This document shows positions 52,262 to 64,000 of a stretch of DNA of 64,000 bases, one piece after another (the stretch's first letter is position 1; every line of letters starts with the position of its first letter). Location: the NCBI RefSeq assembly GCF_006345805.1, contig NC_042999.1:149916001-149980000 (forward strand). Direction: 5' to 3'. The notes under the pieces are model-generated. The model was not told the origin of the DNA. It was given only the letters and a program-made list of their open reading frames with translations, and made no database searches. The stretch comes from Octopus sinensis (lineage: Eukaryota). A program made the position numbers and the translations under genes.

Positions 52262-54450
52262 ACTCTACTGTATCGCAGTTCGACGATGACTTAGCTGGTC
52301 AAAACTTCGAAGTCACTGTCAACATCAACATTCTTGTACAAGAATAATAAATTCGCATTCAACAAAAGTATAGAGCAATCCATCAGATTAATGTAAAATT
52401 GTTTTTATTGTAAACGAACATAAAAACAAACATTAATGTGTGTGTGTGTATATGTGTGTATGTATGTATGTATGTATGTATGTATGTATGTATGTATTAT
52501 GTATGTATGCATGCATGCATGCATGCATGTATGTATGTATGTATGTATGTTTGTATTATGTATGCATGCATGCATGCATGCATGTATGTATGTATGTATG
52601 TATGTATGTATGTATGTATGTATGTATGTATGTATGTGGTTTGTTTTCGTCCTCATAACTTAGCGATTTGACAAAAGAGGCCAATAGTATAAGTAGCCGG
52701 TTTTAAAAAAAAACAAGAGCTGGGTTCGATTTGTGGGCGACTAAACCTTTTTAAAACAGTAGTCCAGCATGGGCACAGTCATGAGCAAAGAAGTCAAAGA
52801 TGAAACACAAAGATAAAGTCCTCCATGTTTATAAAAAAGAGAAATAGGAATCGAAACCCTGAATGCAGAATTTACTCCACAGTGTTTGATGCCTTGTCTT
52901 AGATCTTCAGCTACCAATGGAGTCGTATGAGAGCCGTTGTGACAAATTATATGCCAGTGGTCTTCATCTGTCGCAGTTGTGTTCCAGGACTTGACTCTCC
53001 GTAACACACAATGAAGAAACACTTTGGCATTGCACTCTCCCTATCGTTGAACGACACGTGGACGAGATGTCTCAAAGTCTCTATAAATTGTCATGTATGT
53101 ATGTATGTATGTATGTATGTATGTATGTATGTATGTATGTATGTATGTATGTATGTATGTATGTATTTATGTATGTATGTATGTATGTATGTATGTACGT
53201 ATGTCATTATTCAGTTTTATTTCAAGATTTCTTGCCAATAGAGAAGAGCTGCTTTCTACCTAGATCAACGGTTCCTTCATTTGAATTTTAACATCAACAA
53301 GGTATTTTTGTATGTATGTATGTATGTATGTATGTGTCAGGTCACTTTCGAGTGCTACTGATAACATGTAATCCAGTACAACTTGTTGCATGGTCGGGTC
53401 GTCGGCAACTAAACCGGCAACCCCACCAAGCTTGCTTGGTGAGGAGGGTGTTTATTGGACACCCTGCGGGATGAAAAGCGAAACCCGTCAAAGGGCGGAG
53501 GAACTCTTGAGAGTCAACGACCATCCAATAAATGTCTTAAGGCTGTATCATGCGCGGGGACATAGAAATAATCGAACTGAATACCCGATCGCGCGGTTAA
53601 ACCATTGGGAGTGAAGGACTGCCTTTGTTAGGGCATCCTTCTAGGAGAAGGTAACTCAGGTAGATGGGAGTAACTCCGACATAAAACCTGCGGCTCAGTG
53701 GTTACCGATGATGTTGACTTGTTCTTCTTTTCGGATTATGGCTGCTGTTGCTTAGTGAGTGGGATTGACTCAGTGCACAGCCTTTCCTCACTTTAAAAAA
53801 AATCTTCTTGCACAGGCATTGCACGATAACAACATTGTTCATGATTGTTGATGGTGCTGTGAGTCTCAACTGAATGGCTGGTTGTAGCCTTAAAAAGCAA
53901 ATAAAAGTCACATTTGATCACAGCACCAATAACAGTTAAGCTTCGTGCAATGGCCCTACTCGATAACGAGGGGGCAGCCATCATGTATCCATGCATGCAT
54001 GTATGTATGTATGTATGTATGTATGTATGTATGTATGTATGTATGTATGTATGTATGTATGTATGTATGTATGTATAGGTTATAGGTTAGAGACAGGTGT
54101 TCTCTATATAGAAGACACTTCGGAGTGCTCAAGAGATTAGAACTTGAGCAGGTACAGGAGTAAATGTAAGGACAGGCAAGTGAGGCAAATTGATTTACAT
54201 AGAAAATTAAATACATTTAACACAAGAAATGTACATATGTATGAATAGAAAATGGTCCAACTTACACAGAATATAAATGATATCAGAAGTTAAATGGGTT
54301 GAGTTTTCCGAGTCCAACAGCTGCTTCTGGGGCTTGGTGGTCTGGAATAATGATAGTTACTTGGTTCCATTATCGGATAACTCCGCTTCCTTCTTCAGGG
54401 CAGAATTTTATATTTCAGGTGTTGACAGGATGGAGTTTAAAGATAGAATA
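52262..54450 (-). pseudogene. Best-preserved vWA-like domain: exons ~54450-54266, 54103-54078 plus 53092-52876, and 52332-~52262
   Basis: ELSDNGT/QVTIIIPDHQAPEAAVGLGKLN..YHLYSV|EHLSLTYNRQFIETLRHLVHVSFNDRESAMPKCFFIVCYGESSPGTQLRQMKTTGI*FVTTAL..EDLRQ-ASN|NVDVDSDFEVLTS*VIVEL. GTAAGT donor at 54265 with a phase-consistent acceptor at 54104. Confidence 0.6.
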
Positions 54451-55240
54451 TGTACGTACGTATGTATGTATGTATGTATGTATGTATGTATGTATGTATG
54501 TATGTATGTATGTATGTATGTATGTATGCATGCATGCATGCATGCATGCATGCATGCATGTATGTATGTATGTATGTATGTATGTATGTATGTATGTATT
54601 TATGTATGTATGTATGTATTTATGTATGTATGTATGTCATTATTCAGTTTTATTTCAATATTTCTGGTCAATAGACAAAGAGCCAGTTTTTAACCTAGAT
54701 CCAAGGTTCCTTCATTGGAATTTCAACATCAACAGGCTATGTATGTATGTATGTATGTATGTATGTATGTATGTATCTATGTATGTATGTATACATGCAG
54801 ATTTGTATGTTTTGTTTTATGCATGTCTTCCCATGCATATATTTGCATATCTAGACATGCTCATATATACTTAAATGATAAACTTCTGGAAAGTTTTACA
54901 GATTTCGACAGTTCTAGTGATGGCTTGGATCTGTAGTCTTAGAATCAGCTTTCTCCTTTCTGGATTTGAGAATTTCTTACAAATCTTCACTGTGCCATTG
55001 AAAGATTGGATTTGGAGAATGCATGTTATTTTCTGTTGTTCTTTCTTCGAAAAGCCTATACATGTATGTATGTATGTATGTATTTATGTATGTATGTATG
55101 TATGTATGTATGTATGTATGTATGTATGTATGTACGTATGTACGTATGTATGTATGTATGTATGTATGTATGTATGTATGTGTATGTATGTATGTATGTA
55201 TGTACACACACACATATGTGTGTGTGTGTGTGTGTATATA
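52436..55240. repeat. Cluster of (TATG)n/(CATG)n microsatellites
   Basis: Tracts at ~52436-52637, 53093-53204, 53990-54076, 54450-54636, 55060-55240; they generate the YVCM/HTYI ORFs. Confidence 0.95.
53338..53985 (+). mobile_element. Non-autonomous RTE-derived element inserted in (TATG)n
   Basis: RTE-like leader motif CTAGGAGAAGGTAACTC..AAACC and RTE-like 3' end CTCGATAACGAGGGGGCAGCCATC; no real ORF. Confidence 0.55.
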
Positions 55241-55299
55241 TGTATATGCATATATATAATATATATAATCATACATATGATTACATACGTGTGCGCGCG

Positions 55300-55445
55300 T
55301 GCTGTTTCTATGGGTTTTAAGTACTTGTTGAGAGAGTTCGAGTCGGTCGCTAACAAAACGACAGTAGTTTTTGAGTTAAGAGCGTTCCCGGTGTTTGTAA
55401 ATATATGGTTGAATTGGTGTGTTGCTTGAGCTGTCGGTTCACACA
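55300..55445 (-). pseudogene. vWA-like pseudo-exon fragment
   Basis: HIFTNTGNALNSKTTVVLLATDSNS (start of ORF 55084..55446) resembles the vWA TNTGxAL and VvvllTDGxS motifs. Confidence 0.5.
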
Positions 55446-55647
55446 CATATGTGTGTGCATCTATTCATCTAACATATCATAGGTAGAGAATCTTGGGAAT
55501 GTCTTACAAATCTCCACTCAGCCATTGAGAGACAGGATTTGGAGAAGGTGCGTCAGTTTCTTTTGTTCTTTCTTTGAAAAACCTAGTATTTCTAGGTTTT
55601 TGTGTAAATATGTATGTGTGTGTATGCGTGTATTGATATATATATGC

Positions 55648-55685
<38 letters not shown>

Positions 55686-55914
55686 ATACATACATACACA
55701 CACATGCACGCACGCACACACACACACTCACACACACACACACATATATATTGATAGAAATGGCAAGACAACAAAAGAATGAAAGATACCTTGATATATA
55801 AATAAAGGAATATATATCTGTAAATATATGGGACAATTATTCGGTAGCCATGTCGGTAGCCTCCGCACCGACATCCGAAACTCGGAGTTTTATTATGGAT
55901 ACCGAATAATTGTC

Positions 55915-55994
<80 letters not shown>

Positions 55995-56132
55995 GTGTTA
56001 GTAGAATAAGAAATAGAAAGTCTTTGGTACAGTATTATATATTTGAAAAAGTGAATAGAAATGGTTTTCCCGTCAGTTTTCCCACTTTAATAAAATTATC
56101 GGAAAAGCTATTTCTATTCATTTTTTCATACA

Positions 56133-56698
56133 TATTGTTGTATTTCAGGATGGTCATTTTTCTTTTTTTTTTTTTGCCAAATAAACACATGCACTAAATA
56201 TTTGTTCTTCACTCATTTATTACTGTTCTTATTCTAACTCATCTTCATTGTCCGAAAATCTTTCGTCACACATCTGTGACCTCTTCAGCGACACTTTCCG
56301 TCTTCGTGTGTGCTCTTGCTCCACCTATTTCATTCTGTTCTTCTATGATATGTATCCTTATATGCACATGCTTTTGCGTCCATATTTGTGTGTGCGTGCA
56401 CATGTGCATGCACACACACACACACACGGACGGACGGATGCAAACGCATACGCATATAAAGATACACATCACAGAAGAGCAGAATGACATAAACGGAACA
56501 AGAGCACACACGAAGACAGAAGATGTCGCTGAAGAGGTCACAAATGCGTGACGAAAGATTTCCGAATAATGAACATGAGTTAGAATAAGACCAGTAATAA
56601 ACGAATGAAGAACAAATATTATATTGCATGTGTATATTTGGCAAAAAAAAAAAAAAAAAGAAAGAAAGAAAAATGACCGTTTCGAAATACAAGAATAT
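56133..56698. mobile_element. Inverted pair of Penelope pLTR-like fragments, each with a minimal hammerhead-like motif
   Basis: Arms ~56133-56365 and ~56452-56698. TGTCG-CTGAAGA-G-GTCAC..GTGAC-GAAA-GATT-TC-CGA at 56524-56567 (+), mirrored at 56249-56293 (-). Confidence 0.65.
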
Positions 56699-57238
56699 CT
56701 GTTTCAGCAAACTATTTCACAAGGAATCTGGCTACACAAATACATAAACGTGTGTGTGTGCGTTAACAGGGATGTGGGTTCGACTCTCACGCGGATAGGA
56801 AAGCCTTCTTTTTTTCTGTGAAAGGCTTATATGTCCCTTTATTAGACTATTTTCCTTAGTCATTGCACGGTGATCGCCATAAGTTTTAAGCTTATATAAA
56901 AATACAATTATTATTATTTACAGGATGGTAAACTCGGCGCCGTATAAAAAAAACAAAAAACATTCGCACCTAATGCATATAGAAAGTTTGCTTACACAAA
57001 AACAAACCCAAACTATTATAGTTCTTAAATTTGACAGCACTAGGGAGTCTGATTCGCTGGTGTAAAGGTAACAGAGTCGCGTTAACCAAGGGATGTGGGT
57101 TCGGTTCCCACGCGGATAGGAAAGCCATTTTCTTTTCTGTCGAGGGCTTATATGCCCCCTTTATTAGACTAAATTATTATTATTTACAAGATTGTAAACT
57201 CGGCGCCGTATGAAAAACCATTCGCACCGAAAGCACAC

Positions 57239-57273
<35 letters not shown>

Positions 57274-57286
57274 GGGAGAGTTTACG

Positions 57287-57329
<43 letters not shown>

Positions 57330-57609
57330 TGTAAGGCAGCGAGCTGGCAGAATCGTTAGAACGCCGAGCAAAATGCTTAGCAGCATTTCGTCCACCTTTA
57401 CATCTTGAGTTCACATTCCGCCGAGCTCGACTTTGCCATTCATCCTTTAGAGGTCGATAAAACAAGTACTAGTTGAGCGCTGGGGTCGATGTAATCGACT
57501 TAGCCCCTCCCCCAAAACTGCTGAACTCTTGCCAAAATTTGAAACCAATATAAATGTAATGTAACCATCGGTTATAATAGACGTTTGATCATTCACGTGT
57601 TACTAATAC

Positions 57610-58224
57610 ACACACTACTGCAGGTGCATAAACAGAGTAACTGATGTCTTCAGAGAACGGAATCTCAAACCAGACGACTGCTGTCATAGCAGCGTGACAA
57701 ATGGATAATTAATTCCACAAAAGGTGCCTTAAAGCACGCAAGAACTGTCAGATATAATAAATAGCCCACAGTCTTTGTAGCAACATTATTCACAGTTTTG
57801 CTTGAAAACAAATTTTTCAAGAAACCTGTCTTCAGGATAAACAACTCTTACAGAATCACGCAGCATCAGAGTTCATAATAGTTTGACTTAGTCATACAGA
57901 TATGAAATATTTTGAATATATCATTCAATACAAACGTTATTATTATCAGTAGAAAATACTGAGATCGTCTGCTTTCTCCCAATTTATTTTCTCGCTTGTG
58001 TATTTTATGAACAAAGAAGATTGTAATTTTTTAGCCCACTCCCTGGGTATAAGGTGACAAATTAACCTCGAAATTTGTGCTGGTATGCTTGTGGGTGTAT
58101 GTTATGTCTCCTTTTCAAGTACGTGATACAATATTTGCTGTTGTTCCCGTTGGCATTATAACTAATGTCAATGGAACTCAAAACTTTAGAGACTTGTTAC
58201 AAAACATCTCATCTGCCTCACACT
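57610..58224 (-). pseudogene. vWA-like pseudo-exons (~58224-58040 and ~57930-57610)
   Basis: ECEADEMF..ANIVSR..GDITYTHKHTSTNFEVNLSPY, then YIQNISYL...RFLEKFVFKQ...GLFIISDS with several stops. Confidence 0.45.
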
Positions 58225-58372
58225 CTCTAAGTTTGTCACAGGTAGGTGAATATTTGAACAAAAGGCTTACGCATATAGAAAACAACTTACATGCACGCGT
58301 CTTCGTGCATGCACATACATACACATGTACACACACAGACACATGTACATGTACACAAATATACATACATAC

Positions 58373-58408
<36 letters not shown>

Positions 58409-58828
58409 ATCTCTCTTTCCCTCTCTCTCTCTCATTTCCCTCTTTCTCCCTCTCCCTCTCACTCCCCTCTCTCTCTCACTCCCCTCTCTCTCTCACTCCC
58501 CTCTCTCTCCACTTCTTTCTCTCTCTGTACACGCACACACACACACACACACTGTACTTAAGAAAAAAACCTTAAACTTTAGTTTCATGATGAAGTTGCA
58601 ACTTGAACACACGGAGGAAACAATTTTGTGTGCCATCTATCGATCAAACAAAAACTAAATGGTTACCCAGATTTATACTCTGTGTAAGTTAAAGTCACAA
58701 TCTGATCACAAAACTTAAGTAGCAAATTTGTATATCGTAAGTATTGTATAAAGATCATATCTAACTCTGTCTCGTACTAAATTCTCTGTACTGGCTAAAT
58801 AAATTTTCACCCTCTCACAGCCTTACAC

Positions 58829-58864
<36 letters not shown>

Positions 58865-59235
58865 CTAGCCATAATGTATGTATGTCTATGCGCGTGCGTA
58901 TATGTATGTATTCTTTTCTTTTATTCTTTTATTTGTTTCAGTCATTTGACTGCGGCCATGCTGGAGCATCGCCTTTAGTCGAGCAAATCGACCCCCAGGA
59001 CTTATTCTTTGTAAGCCTAGTACTTATTAACAGAAGTGCTTCGGGTGGATTGTAATCAAAAGAATACAGTCATGTCCCACTGTCACGCTGAAAATTACGT
59101 GAAGAGAACACATATCTATGAAATGTTCAGTCACTTACACGTTAATTCCCATAATTATGGGATTTCACAGTCGTCATTTCTGGTTTCTATCACAATTTAC
59201 TTTCACGTTTTTACGAGACTAAATTGCACGTTAAC

Positions 59236-59700
59236 CTGATCTCGCTGACTGCATGTCTATTTAAGTTTCGGGGGAGACCCATAACTTCTAAGCGAATCTC
59301 GGTATATGGAAACTGTATTGAAGCTTATCGGGTGTATTGTACCTGTAATTCAAAAAGTACACCCTTATTACACACTGCCCTACTCCGATTCTGCATGAGA
59401 ATTATGTTAAGGGTACACAGGCCTGTGATATATTCAATTGCATACACATTAATCCAAGAGCAGATAATACAGTTCTTCATCGTCGAATAACAGAGAGCCA
59501 CTACTACCACCATGTTTGTAATAGATGGTGCTGCGTGCACCGGGCTTATGACAGCTGAAGAAGTGCGACGATTATTATATCGCTGAACAGAAACTTCAAG
59601 TCCTGAATGAAAGCCCCCAAAACCGTATCGTTCAATAAAAATAGTCTTCTGTTTCCAATGATATTGAGATCTACCACTTCTGTCGTCACGCGCGTATTAT
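59236..59700 (-). pseudogene. vWA-like pseudo-exons (C-half; ~59700-59450 and 59342-59236)
   Basis: AFIQDLKFLF / FSCHKPGARS / SITNMVVVVA / DEELYYL across frameshifts. Next exon has acceptor ttttgaattacag and reads PDKLQYSFHIPRFA*. Confidence 0.45.
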
Positions 59701-59832
59701 TACTACATACATACATACATACACACACACATACATACATACATACATACATACATACATACATACATACATACATACATACACACACACACATATACAT
59801 ACATACACACACATAAACATACATACATACAC

Positions 59833-59895
<63 letters not shown>

Positions 59896-60223
59896 TATAC
59901 ACACAATTTATATATGCGTGTGTGCGTGTATGTGTCTGGATGTGTATACAAACACACACACATGTATGCATGTGTGTATTTATGCACAGATATATACATA
60001 CGTACATGTATGTGCGTGTTTATGTATGTGTGTGTGTATGTATGTATGTATGTATGTATGTATGTATGTATGTATGTAGGTAGGTATGTATGTATGTGTG
60101 TGTATGTATGTATTAAAGTATGCATGTATGTGCATATATAACTCAGTACATTATACAATAATTAAATCAATATCCAGCAACATTGTTTTCTAGTTTTGCT
60201 AAATAATGACGTACTTGGTTCTA

Positions 60224-60258
60224 ATCGCTTCTGGCCTTTTGGGTAAGATGAAAGTATA
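60224..60258 (+). pseudogene. U2 snRNA 5' fragment
   Basis: ATCGCTTCT-GGCCTTTTGGGTAAGATGAAAGTATA versus U2 ATCGCTTCTCGGCCTTTTGGCTAAGATCAAAGTGTA; similarity stops at about nt 36. Confidence 0.8.
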
Positions 60259-61264
60259 CAAATGTGACTGGTTTAAGTAGTGTTATGTTACGACTTATGT
60301 ATTGCAAATCATGTCACGTGTGCAATATGTTTCAGTTGTTGCTTCTACGCCGTAGCCTCATGTTAGCTCTTACTGAGCAGACTAAACGATGAAAGGCACT
60401 TTTGCCGTGACCATGCTGTCCACTTCGTCTTCTAGGGATGGTGTACCTCTGATTATATTACCCACCGCCTCTTCTTTTTTTAATAACAGTGTAGTGTGGT
60501 TTGAGAAAAATGTATCTGCTACTTCTGACAAGTCAAGCGTCGATGTAGTCTCTTTCGTTGGTCATTCACGCGTAAGTTCATCGGACCTTGTTGTTTAGCC
60601 CTAGGCCAGACCACATGGCGGCATAATACATATTTCTTTACTACCCACAAGGGGCTAAACACAGAGGGGTCAAACAAGGACAGACAAACGGATTAAGTCG
60701 ATTATATCGACCCCAATACGTAACTGGTACTTATTTAATCGACCCCGAAAGGATGAAAGGCAAAGTCGACCTCGGCGGAATTTGAACTCAGAACGTAGCG
60801 GCAGACAAAATACGGCTAAGCATTTCGTCCGGCGTGCTAACGTTTCTGCCAGCTCGCCGCCTTGTGGCCGCATAATACCCTCAGCGCCCCACCCCTATTT
60901 TTATGTATAAAGAAATATCTTATTTCGTTGCAAGACTCAACGAAAATTTTAGGAAAAAAAAAAGAAAGAAGTGGAAATTTGACCGGTGATTGTGTTACAT
61001 TATAAGGCACAAAAAGAAAATGACTCTCCCCAGACACAACAGAAATATATTATATTTTACTAATTTATATATTCTATGAATCATTTGATATTTAATATAC
61101 TATTATATGATTTGTATACAATATTATAATATTATTATTATCTCCAATGATAAGCCTATTGTATTACTATTTAGTATTAGCTTTCACAACTTGTAAGAAG
61201 TAGGTCTGGGATCGAGGTTATTTTGTTCTCAGAAAAAGGGGTGGGGTCCCTTTTGTGTCCATCA

Positions 61265-61400
61265 CTATCTCAGAAAACCCGCTGTTATCCTTGAATGTTC
61301 TTCTTCTTTGGTTATTTCATGTAACTGCGAACGTGGCTTTGTACCAGTGTGACCAATTTTCTGCTGCTTCAAGAATGATGAGCCGACAAAGTTTTTTCTA
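61265..61400 (-). pseudogene. vWA-like pseudo-exon (N-half), cut by a palindromic MITE
   Basis: KNFVGSSFLKQQKIGHTGTK resembles the vWA KxFVxxlvxxfxIGxxgT segment. Confidence 0.4.
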
Positions 61401-61401
61401 C

Positions 61402-61672
61402 TGTTGCTGCTTCGTGTAGAAATCTAGGCGAGCGGGGTCACAATCACCACAGTGATAACAAAGACGAACAATGGTTTAAATTTTATGGAGCCATCTATTT
61501 TCTACTCGTACGAGTAGAAAATAAATGGCTGCCATGCATTTGTATATACACGCGGTACACCTGCACGATGTTACGTAAGAGTAGAAAATAAAAGGCTCCA
61601 TAAAACTAAAAACATTGTTCGTCTTTGTTATCACAGTGGTGATTGCCTAGATTTCTACACGAAGCAGCAACA
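61402..61672. mobile_element. Long palindromic MITE/foldback element
   Basis: TGTTGCTGCTTCGTGTAGAAATCTAGGC...GCCTAGATTTCTACACGAAGCAGCAACA with ~100-bp arms and an internal palindrome at 61490-61530. Confidence 0.85.
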
Positions 61673-63737
61673 ATTATAATAATCCACTGCCTTCCTCCCA
61701 ACGCCTCCATTTTGTCTACCGTGTCCTTAGGCACCAACTCTCACCTGGACCGTCTCAACGCCCACCAAGGGGCAGTAGCGCCCACTTCGAGAACCTATGA
61801 TCTAAAGCAATGATTTCTAACGCAGATGCTAAAGCCTCCTAGGGGGAGTTGTGAAAGCACAAGAGATTATTTTAGTAAAGGATGTATGCTAACAAGAGCC
61901 ATAATTTTTCTTAAAAAGAATATTTAAACCAATTATAATTGATGACAGGTGACCCACGGCCAGCCTTTCTTTTTCTCTCTCCCTTTTTCACACTGGTTGT
62001 GTCGCTGACCGGTCCTAAATTCTGTGTCCCATTGTCTTAGGATTTGTTGTTTTCTAATCCCTTAGAATGCCATTTAAGCGCTACCCACCATTTTTGTCTT
62101 CTTGGCCCTGAGGCTATATTTTGCTCGTTTCGTATTTATTTCGTCTTTGTCCATCCACTTAAATTACATTTATTCACTTTTGTATATCCACTCTGTACTG
62201 TTTTATTTGCTTTCGGCTCTATAGCCTCCGCAACTTTCGCGGGCACCTCCAGCATAGGAAGTTCTCAGTCTTATCATTAATGGTGCGAAACTGAGTAATA
62301 CCATCTGGTTCATAACTGATGAATAATTAGGGACCTTCTGTGTCTGTCTCCCGTCCAGTTGTACACTCAGTATACGTTATTCGGTTTTACCTGTCGTTTG
62401 TTTATTTACAATACATCTTTTCATTTATTATAATACTCATATATTGGCTTCAAATTTTGGCACAAGGCCAGCAAGTTCTGGAAGGGGTGAGTCGATGAGA
62501 CTGACCCCATTGCTCAACTGGTGCTTATATTATCGATCCCAAAAAGATGAAGTACAAAGTCAATCCCGGAGAAGACGGACGAAGGTTATTTCTTTATTGC
62601 CCACAAGGGGCTAAACATAGAGGGGGACAAACAAGGACAGACAAAGGGATTAAGTCGATTACATCGATTCCAGTGCGTAATTGGTACTTAATTTATCGAC
62701 TCCGAAAGGATGACAGGCAAAGTCGACCTCGGTGGAATTTGAACTCAGAACATAGCAGCAGACGAAATACCTATTTCTTTACCACCCACAAGACGCTAAA
62801 CACAGAGAGGACAAACAAGAACAGACAAACGGATTAAGTCGATTACATCGACCCCAGTGCGTAAGTGGTACTTAATTTATCGACCCCGAAAGGATGAAAG
62901 GCAAAGTCGACCTCCGCGGAATTTGAACTCAGAATGCAGCGGCGGACGAAATACCACAAAGCATTTCACCCGGCGTGCTAACGATTCTGCCAGCTCGCCG
63001 ACGGACGATGGTTCTGTTAGGCATTTTACCCAGCATGCTAACGATTCTAGCAGCTCGCCACCTTCATTATAATACTTATATAATTAACCTCCAAAAAGTC
63101 ATTATCAGGGTTAAAATTTGCATAGAACATTGTGTTTATCAATGAGAAGAACCAAGACTGATGATGTGTCAATTGTGCAATATATTTTCATATATAAGCC
63201 CGTTCCTTCTTCAGTAATTTGCATGAAAATATGATACGGGAGGTATTTAATTCACATAAATGTCTAAAAAAAGAATCACAGACTGGTTGGGATAATATGA
63301 GAAAATGTAGTTGATAAACCACTGCATAAAATTAGCAGCTATTTGACAAAAATAACCTATTTATTTATTTATTTATTTGTTTCCTTATTTGCTTGTAAAC
63401 CGTTTATTAGTGAAAGGAAGTACAGAGCTATTATAAAATGCTGTGAAAGCGTTCCGTTTTTTTAAATTTTTTTTTTATTTTGATACGCTCAAACAGTGAG
63501 TCTAGGAGGAAGGCGAGACGTTATAAGAAAAAATAGGAAGGACACATTGCCTAATGTGCTCTTCGATTCATTTTTCTCTGGGCGTGGTAGAGTGTGTAAG
63601 AAGCTTGCTTCACAACCACGTGGTCTCGGATTTAGTCCCACTGCGTGGCACTTTGGGCATATATCTTCGGCTATAACCTCGGGCGACCAAAGAATTGTGA
63701 GTGAATTTGGTAGACACAAACTGAAGGAAGGCTGTCG

Positions 63738-63768
<31 letters not shown>

Positions 63769-63784
63769 ATGCGTGCGTGCGTGC

Positions 63785-63821
<37 letters not shown>

Positions 63822-64000
63822 TTTGTGCCTGTGTTTGTCCCCCCCACCACCACTCGACAACCGGTGTTGGCGTGTTTACGTCCCTGTAAATACGCGTTTC
63901 GGCTGTAGAGGTCAATAGAATAAGTACTAAGCTTTAGAAATATAAGCCCTGGAGTCAATTTGTTCGAATAAAACCCTTAAATGGAGTGCCCCAGCATGGC

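Larger units (their letters stand above)
32076..63263 (-). pseudogene. Decayed multi-exon, multi-vWA-domain extracellular protein gene (collagen VI/XII, matrilin or BMSP/Pif-like)
   Basis: Manual minus-strand translation of non-repeat islands, many with AG/GT boundaries, gives vWA-like segments in N-to-C order (see individual exons). Most carry stops or frameshifts; no intact DxSxS MIDAS seen. Confidence 0.55.

Noticed and set aside
58077-58658. 193-aa plus-strand ORF with a CAG|GTAGGT donor
   Set aside because: The C-terminal half is microsatellite; the unique part is better explained by the minus-strand vWA pseudo-exon.

Overview
AT-rich, repeat-dense eukaryotic DNA, most likely an octopus (coleoid cephalopod). 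This is inferred from abundant tRNA-derived CORE-like and Meta/MESC-like SINEs, Dong/R4, RTE, CR1 and Tx1 LINE fragments and very high microsatellite content. I see no intact protein-coding gene. Three things stand out. (1) A near-identical ~536-bp non-coding tandem array at 37.25-40.6 kb in which each complete unit carries a type-I hammerhead ribozyme (5 on +, 1 complete and 1 truncated on -). It is inverted-plus-tandem between (TA)n tracts, i.e. a Penelope-pLTR/retrozyme-like array, and several smaller hammerhead-bearing inverted remnants lie nearby. (2) A heavily decayed multi-exon gene on the minus strand (~32-63 kb) made of repeated von Willebrand A (vWA)-like domains. It is largely invisible in the ORF track because of stops, frameshifts and TE insertions, and ends in a Thr-rich, possibly chitin-binding-like exon. 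(3) A CpG-depleted first ~8 kb with small minus-strand exons closed in all frames, plus a promoter-like region at 13.5-14.3 kb. A 5'-truncated Gypsy element, Tc1/mariner, hAT and pogo MITEs, a Helentron-like element and a U2 snRNA 5' fragment are also present. All translations and family assignments were made by eye; boundaries are approximate.
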